Made by a program: the position numbers and the translations under genes. 64,000 nt of DNA from Candidatus Eiseniibacteriota bacterium (lineage in GTDB: Bacteria; Eisenbacteria; RBG-16-71-46; JABDJR01): NCBI GenBank assembly GCA_963762255.1, contig CAVXKA010000003.1:192001-256000 (forward strand), given 5' to 3'. The notes under the pieces are model-generated. The model made no database searches and had not been told where the DNA came from. It saw nothing but the letters and a program-made list of their open reading frames with translations. Shown here one piece after another: positions 10,065 to 19,068 of this stretch (its first letter is position 1; every line of letters starts with the position of its first letter).

Positions 10065-12428
10065 CTAGTGATAGAGCGTGCTGATTCGACCCCAGGTCAG
10101 GGGTTTCGATTCCATTGCCCCGCAGCCGGCCGACGGGATGGCTCCAAGCGGGCCAGCGGGATGGGTGAGGGCTGGCGAGATGTCGGCGAGGGAAAAATCT
10201 CCAATGGAGCGGCCACAGAACATCGGGTCAGAGGCGACGTTACCGTCACCTTGCCACCATGTGGGGCAGTCTCCCGACCCATGCCCACCGCTATTCTCCC
10301 ACGCGAGGTTGTTGCGGATGACAGGGGCTGTACCACCCCCGCAGAGGATGCCTCCACCTTCCTGTGAATAGGCGATGATGTTTCGCTCGATCGTGTTATT
10401 GCCGGGGTAGTACACGGCGATCCCGCCACCGTAGGCATTCAGATGACCTGGGGCTGAGTTCTCGACGATCGTGTTGTTCACGATCTCCGAGTTGCTGTCG
10501 GTCAGGCAAACCCCGCCGCCGCTGCGCCCAACGAATCCATTCCCTCTTGCCGTGTTCTGATAGATGATGTTCCCTTCAATGACCACATAGCGAGTCGCCC
10601 CCGGCCCGGAAACATAGATCCCACCACCTTGATCTCCAGTCTCATTGCCCTGGATCAGGTTGTCATGAATCACTCCTCCAATCGCTCCCTCTACGTAGTA
10701 GATGCCCCCTCCATCCCCCCGCTCGACACGATTTCGCAGGATCTCATTGCCTTCTATCTCCGCGATTGTATTGAGACAGAGGATTCCTCCACCGATGCCA
10801 AACACATAGTTGTCACTAATCGAATTCCCACAAACTAAGGGCCTGGCTGGAGTTGCTGATCCACCAACACAGAGGATCCCGCCTCCGTCGTACGAACTGG
10901 AATTCCCGAAGATGCGATTGCCGCGGATGGTCGGATGTGAATTGAGAACTACAACCCCGTGCTGCCCCCCGGTCACGGAGAACCCCTCAAGTATCGTGTC
11001 TCGTGACTGGCCCCCCTCGATCGTCACCACCGTCCCGATCAGCGACTCCGGACTCAACAACAGCCCCCCCGAGGCGTCTTCTCCGAGGCTGATAGGCTCT
11101 CGGACACTGGTCACCGTGGTTGCTGAAGGAGATCCGTGGAGAACGGTCGTCTCGGGCCCCATCTCACTCCGGACGACAAGATCCTTCGTTCCGAAGGTGA
11201 TGTTCTCGTAGTATGTCCCCGGCCCAACGAGGACGGTGTCACCCGCTGCCGCGCTGTCGATCCCGGCCTGCACCGTCGGTGCGTCCCCCGACCCATCGAC
11301 CCGGATCACCCAGCTTCTCGGCACCCGCTTCACGTAGCCCGACACCCCGTTCGAGAGCTGTCCCCGGTTCCCGTCGAAGTCGGTGGCCCGCACCGCGAAC
11401 CACAGCGTCTTGGGAGCCGGGAGTCCCGTCAGCACCGCGGTCTGTATGACCCCGGGGTCCACGATAGAGACCGTCGCCTGGGCCGGGCTGGCGGCCGTCC
11501 AGCCAGCTTCATCTTCGATCCGGCTCTCCGCGTACCGGATGTCGTATCCGTCCACCTTGGCTTCGTCCCCGTCGTTGCCGGGGGCTGTCCACTGAAGCCT
11601 TGCGGCGAAGGTGCCCGTTTCGGCCACTTGGAGATCCGTGATCGTCCCCGGAGCCACTATGTCGGAGGGGGGGATCACCTCCAGGTCGTTCGACACCGCG
11701 CTCCACCGCCCGGCGTCGTCCCGCGCACGGATGGCCAGGTGCACTGGGATCTGCGGGTGCAACGCGGTGATCCGGAAGTGCTCCTCGGAGCGGGCCGCCT
11801 TCGGCGGATCGCAGAGCGAGATGGGGTCCGCTTGATCCCAGGTCACCTCGGTGATCGGAGAGGGTGACATGCGCAGGGCGTACTCCTCCGCCCACCCCGA
11901 CAGGCTGTCGTCACCAGGGGCGGTGAACACAAGCGTCGCCGCGTGGGGGGCGAGGTCCACCGCCCGCAAGTCGGCCACTCGCGCCGGCGGTGCGGGGTCG
12001 CCTGGTTCCACGCGCACCACGTTCGAGAACGCTGACCAGTTCGCCTCGGTATCCGCGGTGCGCAGGGCGAAGTAGTACGCCTGACCGGAGACCAGCCCTC
12101 GGATCGAGGCCCGATCGACGGCGCCCGCATTCCCGGGTGGGGCCATGGCCGAGTCGGCCTGAGCGGCCATCAGCCAGTCCGCGGCCGGTGTTGCGACCGC
12201 CACGCGCAAGTCATACTCGGCGGCCCGGCCTCGGTCTCCATCATCCCCAGGCGCGGTCCAAATCAGAACCGCCGTGGTCTCGGTGAACGCCTCGACCCGT
12301 AGGTCGGTCACCTGCGCGGGGGGCGTCGTGTCCGGGGCTTCGGAAGAGCAGGCGTGCATCACCAGCGACATCAATACAATGCCGGCCGCGAGAATGACGC
12401 TGATGGCCGTGGGCTTCTGGAGGTTCAC
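10065..12428 (-). CDS. Putative lipoprotein with three FN3 repeats, a right-handed parallel beta-helix (pectin-lyase fold) and a C-terminal TWGxxxxLY motif
   Basis: Hydrophobic N-terminus ending in ACSS; three (W/F)TAPG(D/N)D...Y(D/A)(L/I)R repeats; TVQAGIDSAAAGDTVLVGPGTYYENI cap; repeated GGGI/N-ladder coils; ends TWGRISTLYH. Confidence 0.8.
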   Translation of the reverse strand: MNLQKPTAISVILAAGIVLMSLVMHACSSEAPDTTPPAQVTDLRVEAFTETTAVLIWTAPGDDGDRGRAAEYDLRVAVATPAADWLMAAQADSAMAPPGNAGAVDRASIRGLVSGQAYYFALRTADTEANWSAFSNVVRVEPGDPAPPARVADLRAVDLAPHAATLVFTAPGDDSLSGWAEEYALRMSPSPITEVTWDQADPISLCDPPKAARSEEHFRITALHPQIPVHLAIRARDDAGRWSAVSNDLEVIPPSDIVAPGTITDLQVAETGTFAARLQWTAPGNDGDEAKVDGYDIRYAESRIEDEAGWTAASPAQATVSIVDPGVIQTAVLTGLPAPKTLWFAVRATDFDGNRGQLSNGVSGYVKRVPRSWVIRVDGSGDAPTVQAGIDSAAAGDTVLVGPGTYYENITFGTKDLVVRSEMGPETTVLHGSPSATTVTSVREPISLGEDASGGLLLSPESLIGTVVTIEGGQSRDTILEGFSVTGGQHGVVVLNSHPTIRGNRIFGNSSSYDGGGILCVGGSATPARPLVCGNSISDNYVFGIGGGILCLNTIAEIEGNEILRNRVERGDGGGIYYVEGAIGGVIHDNLIQGNETGDQGGGIYVSGPGATRYVVIEGNIIYQNTARGNGFVGRSGGGVCLTDSNSEIVNNTIVENSAPGHLNAYGGGIAVYYPGNNTIERNIIAYSQEGGGILCGGGTAPVIRNNLAWENSGGHGSGDCPTWWQGDGNVASDPMFCGRSIGDFSLADISPALTHPAGPLGAIPSAGCGAMESKPLTWGRISTLYH

Positions 12429-12559
12429 GATCCGTAGGGTACTGCCCCGTCCGAACCGTGTCGATCCTCACGAATGCATAAGTGCTCACCCGGGTGATCA
12501 TCCCGCGTTGCACGAGTCCAGCTGGGTGAACTGGCGCACCAGCATCGGCCCCGCCAGGG

Positions 12560-13291
12560 CTACGGCCTCGCGCCGCGCACCTCGGGCATCATCAGCTCCA
12601 GCCGCCTCCGCAGGTACCGCGCGGCCGCCATGAACGCGGCCTGGTTGGGATAGATGATCTCGTCGTCGCGAAAGCGAAACGCCCCCGAGCGCCCCTCGCC
12701 GTCCTTGTTGTAGCCCATCGCCAACCCGATGCGCTCACCTTGATACCGGAACGCCGCAAGCCCCACGATGCGCGTGTCGTCGAGCCGCCCGCCCATCACC
12801 CGGTCGAGCCAGCCGTCCACGTCCATCTCCGCGCGCCCTTCGCGCACGCCCCACACCCGCACGCATTCGAGCACCGCGGTCTCTCCCCCTCCGACATCCA
12901 GCCGCAGTGTGCCCAGATCCCACTCATCCAGGACCACACGCGGCGAGGCACGGAAGCTCCCCGGGTGATAGCCGAGGATGCTGTAGGGCACCGCGAGATC
13001 CAACGGCCCCGTGAGACCCGCCACAACCTGCGCGTGACCAGGTGTGTCGGTTGGATCCCGTCTGACCTGCGTGATGCGCTCGATGGGGAGTTGCGTCTTC
13101 CTTCCCGTCCGCGCGATCTCGGTGCGCAGCCGCGCTCCGGGCACGACGCCGTAGAGATTGCTCTCGGCCAGCCCAACCATGATCGCGAAGAACGGCTCCC
13201 GAATGCCGTCCGCCGCGGGAAGCGTGGGAGGCAAGGGCCGCGGCGGCGCGGCCAGAACCACGGCGGCTAGGATCACGGCGGGGAGCATCAT
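12560..13291 (-). CDS. Hypothetical exported protein
   Basis: Overlaps the kgd stop (ATGA); hydrophobic N-terminus; coding-like codon usage; no family recognised. Confidence 0.65.
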   Translation of the reverse strand: MMLPAVILAAVVLAAPPRPLPPTLPAADGIREPFFAIMVGLAESNLYGVVPGARLRTEIARTGRKTQLPIERITQVRRDPTDTPGHAQVVAGLTGPLDLAVPYSILGYHPGSFRASPRVVLDEWDLGTLRLDVGGGETAVLECVRVWGVREGRAEMDVDGWLDRVMGGRLDDTRIVGLAAFRYQGERIGLAMGYNKDGEGRSGAFRFRDDEIIYPNQAAFMAAARYLRRRLELMMPEVRGARP

Positions 13292-16200
13292 TCCGCCAGC
13301 GCCTCCTCGACGATCCGCGCCTGCTCGCGCTTGTGCGTGTCGAGATAGCCGGTCGCCGTGCTCGCGCTCTCGGCGCGGCCGACATAACGAGCGGCCACGC
13401 TCTGTCCGCTGAGTCGTCGCAACCGATCATCCATGTACGCCCACGCCCCCATGTTGCGCGGCTCCTCCTGGACCCATACGACCTCGGCTCCCCGGTAGGT
13501 GGCGACGGCCTCGCGCACCGGCGCTTCGGGGAATGGATAGAGCTCCTCCACGCGGCAGAGCGCGGTCGTCGAAGCGCCGCGTTTCGCGCGCGCCTCTTCG
13601 AGATCGTAGTAGATCTTCCCCGAGCAGAAGACGAGACGCTTGATCGCTTCCGGCTTCGGCGCCGCCGGGTCCCGCAACAGGGGCTCGAAGTGTCCCTCGG
13701 CCAGTTCGCGCACCGCGGAGCGGGCTCGAGGGTGCCGGAGAAGGCTCTTCGGAGTCATCACGATCAAGGGCGTGCGCAGCCCCTCGCACATCTGCCGCCG
13801 CAGGAGATGGAAGTACTGCGCGGGGGTCGTACAGTTGACGACTCGCAGGTTGTCCTCCGCCGCGAGCTGCAGAAATCGTTCGAGGCGGGCGCTCGAATGA
13901 TCCGGCCCTTGTCCCTCGTAGCCGTGCGGCAGGAGCAGCACGACGCCGCTCGGTTGGCCCCACTTGGCCTTCGAGCCGGCCAGGAACTGGTCGATCACCG
14001 GCTGCGCCTCGTTGCCGAAGTCGCCGAATTGCGCTTCCCAGAGCACCAGGACCGACGGATCGCCCAGGCTGAACCCGTATTCGAAGCCGAGCACCGACTC
14101 CTCGGAGAGCGGGCTGTCGATGGCCGCAAAGGGTGCCTGGTCCTTGCCGAGTTCCTGCAGCGCCATCCAACTCGAGTCCGTTTCATCGTCGCGCAAGAGG
14201 AGATGCCGCTGGCTGAAGGTGCCGCGGACACTGTCCTGTCCGGACAGACGCACCGGCGTCCCCTCCAGCGCCAACGATCCGAAGGCGAGCGCTTCGGAGA
14301 AGCTCCAGTCCAATCCCTCGCCGGCTTGCATGGCCTTGCGCCGCTCCTCCATCCATTTCCGCAGCTTGGGATGGACGTCGATATCCGGCGGCGGAGAGGT
14401 GATGGCTTCGGTGATCAGGCGCAGCGTGTCCTGCGACACCGCGGTGGATCGCGGCACTGGCGCCGCGCCGGGTCGCGGCCGCGGCACCTCGATCGGCGCC
14501 GGCTTCATGGAGCACGCCTCCTTCTGCGCGCGCTCGAACGAGAGCTCCAGACAGTGGTGAATGCCCTCCTCTATCGTGTCGCGCTCGGCGGCGGTGACCA
14601 CGCCCTCGCGGAGGAGCTTCTCGGTATAGACCGTCGCCACCGACGGATGGTTGCGGATCGTGGCGTAGAGCCGAGGCTGCGTATAGATCGGCTCGTCGCC
14701 CTCGTTGTGCCCGTGCCGGCGGTAGCAGACGATGTCTACCACCACGTCCTTGTGGAACGCTTGCCGGAACGCGAAGGCGATCTCCACGGTGCGCACCGCC
14801 GCCTCCGGGTCGTCGCCGTTCACGTGAAAGATCGGCGCCTGCACCATCTTGGCCACATCGGTGGAGTACGCCGAGGATCGCGCCGACTCCACCGGGGTCG
14901 TGAAACCGATCTGGTTGTTGACGATGAGGTGCACGGTGCCGCCGGTGCGGTAGCCCTTGAGCTGGGACAGGTTGAGCGTCTCCGCGACGACTCCCTCGCC
15001 GGCGAAGGCGGCGTCGCCGTGCACCAGCACGGGAAGCACGCGACGACGTCCCTCTTCCGCTCCGAACCGCTCCTGCTTCGCGCGGGCGATCCCCTCCACC
15101 ACAGGGTCCACGGCCTCCAGGTGACTGGGGTTCGGCGAGAGCGCGATCCGGACCTCGCCCGCATCCTGTGTCAGGTGCACGCCGGTTGCTCCGAGGTGAT
15201 ACTTCACGTCCCCCGAGCCCTGCGTCACGTGCGGATCGCGGTTGCCCTGGAACTCCGAGAAGATGTTCGCGTAGTCGACCTTCAGGATCTGCGTGAGCAC
15301 GTTCAGGCGGCCTCGGTGGGCCATCCCCATCACCACGTCCCGCACGCCTTCGCGCGCCGCCGCCTCGAGCAGCGTGTCCAGGACCGGGATGAGGGTCTCG
15401 CCCCCTTCCAACGAAAATCGTTTGTGCCCGATGAACTTCGCATGCAGGAACCTCTCGAACGCCTCCGCGCTGGCCAGCATCGCCAGCGCGCGCTTCTTCC
15501 GCGCCGGCGAGAGCGGCGCCCGCGCGGACTCCGGCTCCACCCGCTCCTGGATCCAGCGCTTCTGCTCCGGGTCCTGGATGTTCATGTACTCGACGCCGAC
15601 CTTGCCGCAGTAGGCGCTCCGCAGCGCCTGCAGGATGTCGCGCAGGGCCGCCTGCGGCTCTTCCCACGCCGATACGTGATCGCCTGACGCGCCGGTGATG
15701 AACCTACGGTCCAGATCCCACAGCGTGAGACCGTACGTTTCGGGATCGAGTTCCGGATGGTACGCGGGCTTCTCGCCGAGCGGGTCCAGGTGCGCGATGA
15801 GGTGACCGCGCACGCGGTAGGCGTTGATGAGCTGCAGCACGCGCGCCTGACGCAGGATCTCCTCGTGGTTGCCGCTGGCGCCGAACGACGAAGGGTTCAC
15901 GTCCGCGGTCCAGCGCACCGGCTGGTACGGCACCCCCATCGCCTGGTAGATCCGATCGTAGAAGTCGTCTTCGCCCCGCAGGAGGCGCTCCACGTCGCCG
16001 AGGAACTCCCCGGACTCCGCGCCCTGCACGATGCGATGGTCGTACGTGCAGGAGATCGTCATGCTCTTGCCGATGCCGAGCCGCGAGAGCAGCTCCGGCG
16101 ACATCGCGCGGGTCTCCGCCGAGTAACCGATGCTCCCCACCGCGATGATCGCGCCCTGGCCGGGCATGAGCCGAGGCACCGACGACTCGGTGCCCACCGT

Positions 16201-16971
16201 TCCCGGATTGGTGATGCTGATGGTCGTGCCCTGAAACGCCTCGGGTCCCAGGCGCCCCGCCCGCACGTCCTCGATGAGCCGCGTGTACGCCTCGACGAAC
16301 CCCCGAAAGTCGAGCACGCCCGCGTTGCGCAAGTTGGGGACGAGCAGCGTGCGCGACCCGTCCTTCTTCTCCATGTCGACGGCCATGCCGAGGTTCACCG
16401 CCGCCCGACGCACGCGGTGCGGCTCGCCGTTCACCATCGCGAACGCATCGTTCAGCGCGGGCGACTTGGCCAGCGCGCGCAGCACCGCCCAGGCGATCAT
16501 GTGGGTGAAGGAGACCTTGGGGCCCGACTTCAACTCGAGGTAGTGGTTGAGAAGGCGACGGTTCTCCTCGAGCACCTTGACCGGAATGTGGCGGTAGGAG
16601 GTCGCGGTGGGCAGATCCCGGCTCGCCTCCATGTTGCGCACGATCAGGGCGAGACCGCCGCGCAGGGGCATGACTTCGTCGCCTTCGCCGAGCGGGACCG
16701 GCGGCGGACCGGGGACGGCGCTCATCCCGGGTGCGGTTCCGGGGGTCGCCGCGACGGCCCCCGCGCCCCCCTCGCGCGGCGCGGTTCCGGGCAGCGCCTC
16801 CGGGCCGATCTCCCCCGCTTCCAGACGGCGAAAGTACTCCCGCCACTCGGCGTTGACGGCCTCGGCGTTGGCCCGATAGAGGTCGTAGAGATCGACGACG
16901 TAACCGGCGTTCAACCCCAATGCGGCGGCGAGGCGTTCGACCACCGAGGCGCCCCGGTCGGCAGTGCTCAT
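13288..16971 (-). CDS. kgd: Multifunctional 2-oxoglutarate dehydrogenase E1 with fused E2 catalytic domain (Kgd/OdhA type)
   Basis: E2-like part SITNPGTVGT...YDHRIVQGAESG; E1 motifs KRFSLEGGE, GMAHRGRLN, HGDAAFAGEG, WEAQFGDF, LPHGYEGQGPDHSSAR. The ORF-track extension runs into the tRNA, so the start is moved to ATG 16971. Confidence 0.93.
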   Translation of the reverse strand: MSTADRGASVVERLAAALGLNAGYVVDLYDLYRANAEAVNAEWREYFRRLEAGEIGPEALPGTAPREGGAGAVAATPGTAPGMSAVPGPPPVPLGEGDEVMPLRGGLALIVRNMEASRDLPTATSYRHIPVKVLEENRRLLNHYLELKSGPKVSFTHMIAWAVLRALAKSPALNDAFAMVNGEPHRVRRAAVNLGMAVDMEKKDGSRTLLVPNLRNAGVLDFRGFVEAYTRLIEDVRAGRLGPEAFQGTTISITNPGTVGTESSVPRLMPGQGAIIAVGSIGYSAETRAMSPELLSRLGIGKSMTISCTYDHRIVQGAESGEFLGDVERLLRGEDDFYDRIYQAMGVPYQPVRWTADVNPSSFGASGNHEEILRQARVLQLINAYRVRGHLIAHLDPLGEKPAYHPELDPETYGLTLWDLDRRFITGASGDHVSAWEEPQAALRDILQALRSAYCGKVGVEYMNIQDPEQKRWIQERVEPESARAPLSPARKKRALAMLASAEAFERFLHAKFIGHKRFSLEGGETLIPVLDTLLEAAAREGVRDVVMGMAHRGRLNVLTQILKVDYANIFSEFQGNRDPHVTQGSGDVKYHLGATGVHLTQDAGEVRIALSPNPSHLEAVDPVVEGIARAKQERFGAEEGRRRVLPVLVHGDAAFAGEGVVAETLNLSQLKGYRTGGTVHLIVNNQIGFTTPVESARSSAYSTDVAKMVQAPIFHVNGDDPEAAVRTVEIAFAFRQAFHKDVVVDIVCYRRHGHNEGDEPIYTQPRLYATIRNHPSVATVYTEKLLREGVVTAAERDTIEEGIHHCLELSFERAQKEACSMKPAPIEVPRPRPGAAPVPRSTAVSQDTLRLITEAITSPPPDIDVHPKLRKWMEERRKAMQAGEGLDWSFSEALAFGSLALEGTPVRLSGQDSVRGTFSQRHLLLRDDETDSSWMALQELGKDQAPFAAIDSPLSEESVLGFEYGFSLGDPSVLVLWEAQFGDFGNEAQPVIDQFLAGSKAKWGQPSGVVLLLPHGYEGQGPDHSSARLERFLQLAAEDNLRVVNCTTPAQYFHLLRRQMCEGLRTPLIVMTPKSLLRHPRARSAVRELAEGHFEPLLRDPAAPKPEAIKRLVFCSGKIYYDLEEARAKRGASTTALCRVEELYPFPEAPVREAVATYRGAEVVWVQEEPRNMGAWAYMDDRLRRLSGQSVAARYVGRAESASTATGYLDTHKREQARIVEEALAE

Positions 16972-17009
16972 GGCTTCATGATCCCTTGCTCGACGACGAT
17001 TTGCCGAAG

Positions 17010-17049
17010 AAAAAAAGCCGGAGAGCGCGGTGTCTGCGCCCTCCGGCTT
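17010..17049 (-). terminator. Intrinsic terminator downstream of the tRNA pair
   Basis: Minus strand: AAGCCGGAGGGCGC-loop-GCGCTCTCCGGC followed by T7. Confidence 0.8.
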
Positions 17050-17055
17050 CAGGAT

Positions 17056-17130
17056 TGGTAGCCCGTAGGGGAGTCGAACCCCTGTCTGATGGCTGAGAAC
17101 CACCTGTCCTAACCACTAGACGAACGGGCC
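17056..17130 (-). tRNA. tRNA-Glu (anticodon CTC)
   Basis: Minus strand GGCCCGTTCGTCTAGTGGTTAGGAC-AGGTGGTT-CTC-AGCCATC...GGTTCGACTCCCCTACGGGCTACCA; cloverleaf with encoded CCA. Confidence 0.96.
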
Positions 17131-17140
17131 ACTCGAAACT

Positions 17141-17214
17141 TGGCTGGGGGACAGGGATTTGAACCCCGATTCTACGGTCCAGAGCCGCATGTCCTACCGT
17201 TGGACGATCCCCCA
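17141..17214 (-). tRNA. tRNA-Gln (anticodon CTG)
   Basis: Minus strand TGGGGGATCGTCCAACGGTAGGAC-ATGCGGCT-CTG-GACCGTAG...GGTTCAAATCCCTGTCCCCCAGCCA; U1-A72 pair typical of tRNA-Gln. Confidence 0.96.
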
Positions 17215-17264
17215 ACAGCTCGCACGTCCTGCTGCAAACCCCAGGGGGCCGGCAGCGCCGAAGG

Positions 17265-17293
17265 AATATAGCAAAGGGCCCTACCCGTCGCAA
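17265..17293 (-). promoter_or_regulatory. sigma70-type promoter of the tRNA pair
   Basis: Minus strand TTGCGA-N17-TATATT. Confidence 0.6.
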
Positions 17294-17347
17294 CCGGCTT
17301 TCTTCCCCCGCGCCGGCTTGGGAGGCCCTGAACCGACCGGGCCCGCC

Positions 17348-19045
17348 CTAGCCCTTCCCCGACTTCTCGATCTTGGCCCAGGTGTCTCGCAGGGTGACGG
17401 TCCGGTTGAAGACGAGGCGATCGGGGCGCGAGTCCACCGAGTCCACGCAGAAATAGCCCTGTCGCTCGAACTGGAACCCGGCGCCGGGCGCGGCGGCGGC
17501 CAGGCTCGGTTCCACCTTCACCCCCGAGAGCACCTCCAGCGAGTCCGGGTTGAGGAAGCTGCGGAAATCCGCGTCACGATCCGCCAGCGGATCGGGCCGG
17601 GTGTACATGCGGTTGTACAGGCGCACTTCAGCATCCAGAGCGTGGGCGGCCGAAACCCAATGCACGGTGGCCTTCACCTTGCGGCCGTCCGGCGCGGAGC
17701 CGCTCCGGGTCTCGGGATCGTAGGTGCAACGCAGCCCTACCACGTTCCCGGCGTCGTCCTTGTCCACTCCCGCGCACCTGATGATGTAGCCGTAGCGCAG
17801 GCGCACCTCCGTGCCGGGCGAAAGCCGGTGGTACTTGGGAGGCGGCACCTCGCGGAAATCGTCCTGCTCGATGTAGAGCACGCGCGAGAAGGGCACCTTG
17901 CGCGACCCCGCCGAGGGATCTTCGGGGTTATTGACCGCGTCCAGCTCCTCGGTCTTCTCTTCGGGGTAGTTCTCCAACACCACGCGCAGCGGCTTCAGGA
18001 CCGCCATCACCCGCGGCGCCCGACGGTTGAGATCCTCGCGCAGGCAGTGCTCGAGAAGCGCGATGTCCACCACGCTCTCGCGTTTGGCCAGCCCGATCTC
18101 CTCGCAGAACGCGCGAAGCGACTCCGGCGTGACGCCCCGCCGGCGCAGGCCCTTGAGCGTGGGCATGCGCGGATCGTCCCAGCCGGAAACGTGCCCCTCG
18201 CGCACCAGCAACAGCAGCCGCCGCTTGCTGAGCACGGTGTAGGTGAGGATCAGCGGTGCGAACTCGATCTGCCTCGGCTGCGAGACCACCTCCGACTCCC
18301 GCACCACCCAATCGTAGAGAGGGCGATGGTCCTCGAACTCCAGGGTGCAGAGCGAGTGCGTGACCCCCTCGAACGCGTCGGAGAGCGGGTGCGCGTAGTC
18401 GTACATCGGGTAGATGCACCAGCGTTCGCCGGTGCGGTGGTGCGTGGCGTGGAGGATGCGGTAGAGCACCGGGTCGCGCAGGTTGATGTTCGGCGAGGCG
18501 ATGTCGATCTTGGCTCGCAGCACCCGCGTGCCGTCGGGGAACTCCCCCGCCCGCATGCGCCGGAACAGGTCGAGGCTCTCCGCGGCCGAACGGTCGCGAT
18601 GCAGGCTCGCCTGACCCGGCTCGGTGAGGGTCCCCCGCATCGTGCGGATCTCCTCGGCGGTCGAGTCGTCGACGTAGGCCTTCCCTTTCTGGATCAAAAG
18701 CTCCGCGACGTCGTAGAATCGCTCGTAGTAGTCCGACGCGAAGAAGAAGCGGTCCTGCCAGTCGAACCCGAGCCAGTGAATGTCCTCCACGATCCCGTCG
18801 ACGTACTCCTGCTCTTCCTTCGTCGGGTTGGTGTCGTCCATCCGGAGATTGCACTTGCCCCCGGGATACTCCAGCGCCACGCCAAAATCGAGAGAGATCG
18901 CCTTGGCATGCCCGATGTGCAGGTACCCGTTGGGCTCGGGCGGAAACCGCGTGTGCACGCGGCCGCCGTTCTTCCCCTCGGCGACGTCCGCCGCGATGAT
19001 CTCGCGGATGAAGTCGCGCGCCGGGCTTGGTTTCGGTGTTTCCAT
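17348..19045 (-). CDS. glnS: Glutamine--tRNA ligase
   Basis: [58 protein letters not shown] and FQFERQGYF; start at ATG 19045 (METPK). Confidence 0.96.
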   Translation of the reverse strand: METPKPSPARDFIREIIAADVAEGKNGGRVHTRFPPEPNGYLHIGHAKAISLDFGVALEYPGGKCNLRMDDTNPTKEEQEYVDGIVEDIHWLGFDWQDRFFFASDYYERFYDVAELLIQKGKAYVDDSTAEEIRTMRGTLTEPGQASLHRDRSAAESLDLFRRMRAGEFPDGTRVLRAKIDIASPNINLRDPVLYRILHATHHRTGERWCIYPMYDYAHPLSDAFEGVTHSLCTLEFEDHRPLYDWVVRESEVVSQPRQIEFAPLILTYTVLSKRRLLLLVREGHVSGWDDPRMPTLKGLRRRGVTPESLRAFCEEIGLAKRESVVDIALLEHCLREDLNRRAPRVMAVLKPLRVVLENYPEEKTEELDAVNNPEDPSAGSRKVPFSRVLYIEQDDFREVPPPKYHRLSPGTEVRLRYGYIIRCAGVDKDDAGNVVGLRCTYDPETRSGSAPDGRKVKATVHWVSAAHALDAEVRLYNRMYTRPDPLADRDADFRSFLNPDSLEVLSGVKVEPSLAAAAPGAGFQFERQGYFCVDSVDSRPDRLVFNRTVTLRDTWAKIEKSGKG

Positions 19046-19068
19046 GGGTCGCTTTCCTTCGCCGCCGC

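Noticed and set aside
16972-17103. N-terminal extension of kgd given in the ORF track
   Set aside because: It overlaps tRNA-Glu and its terminator.
17056-17214. tRNAs as an integration site for a genomic island
   Set aside because: No integrase and no duplicated tRNA 3' end were seen, and the flanks are housekeeping genes.
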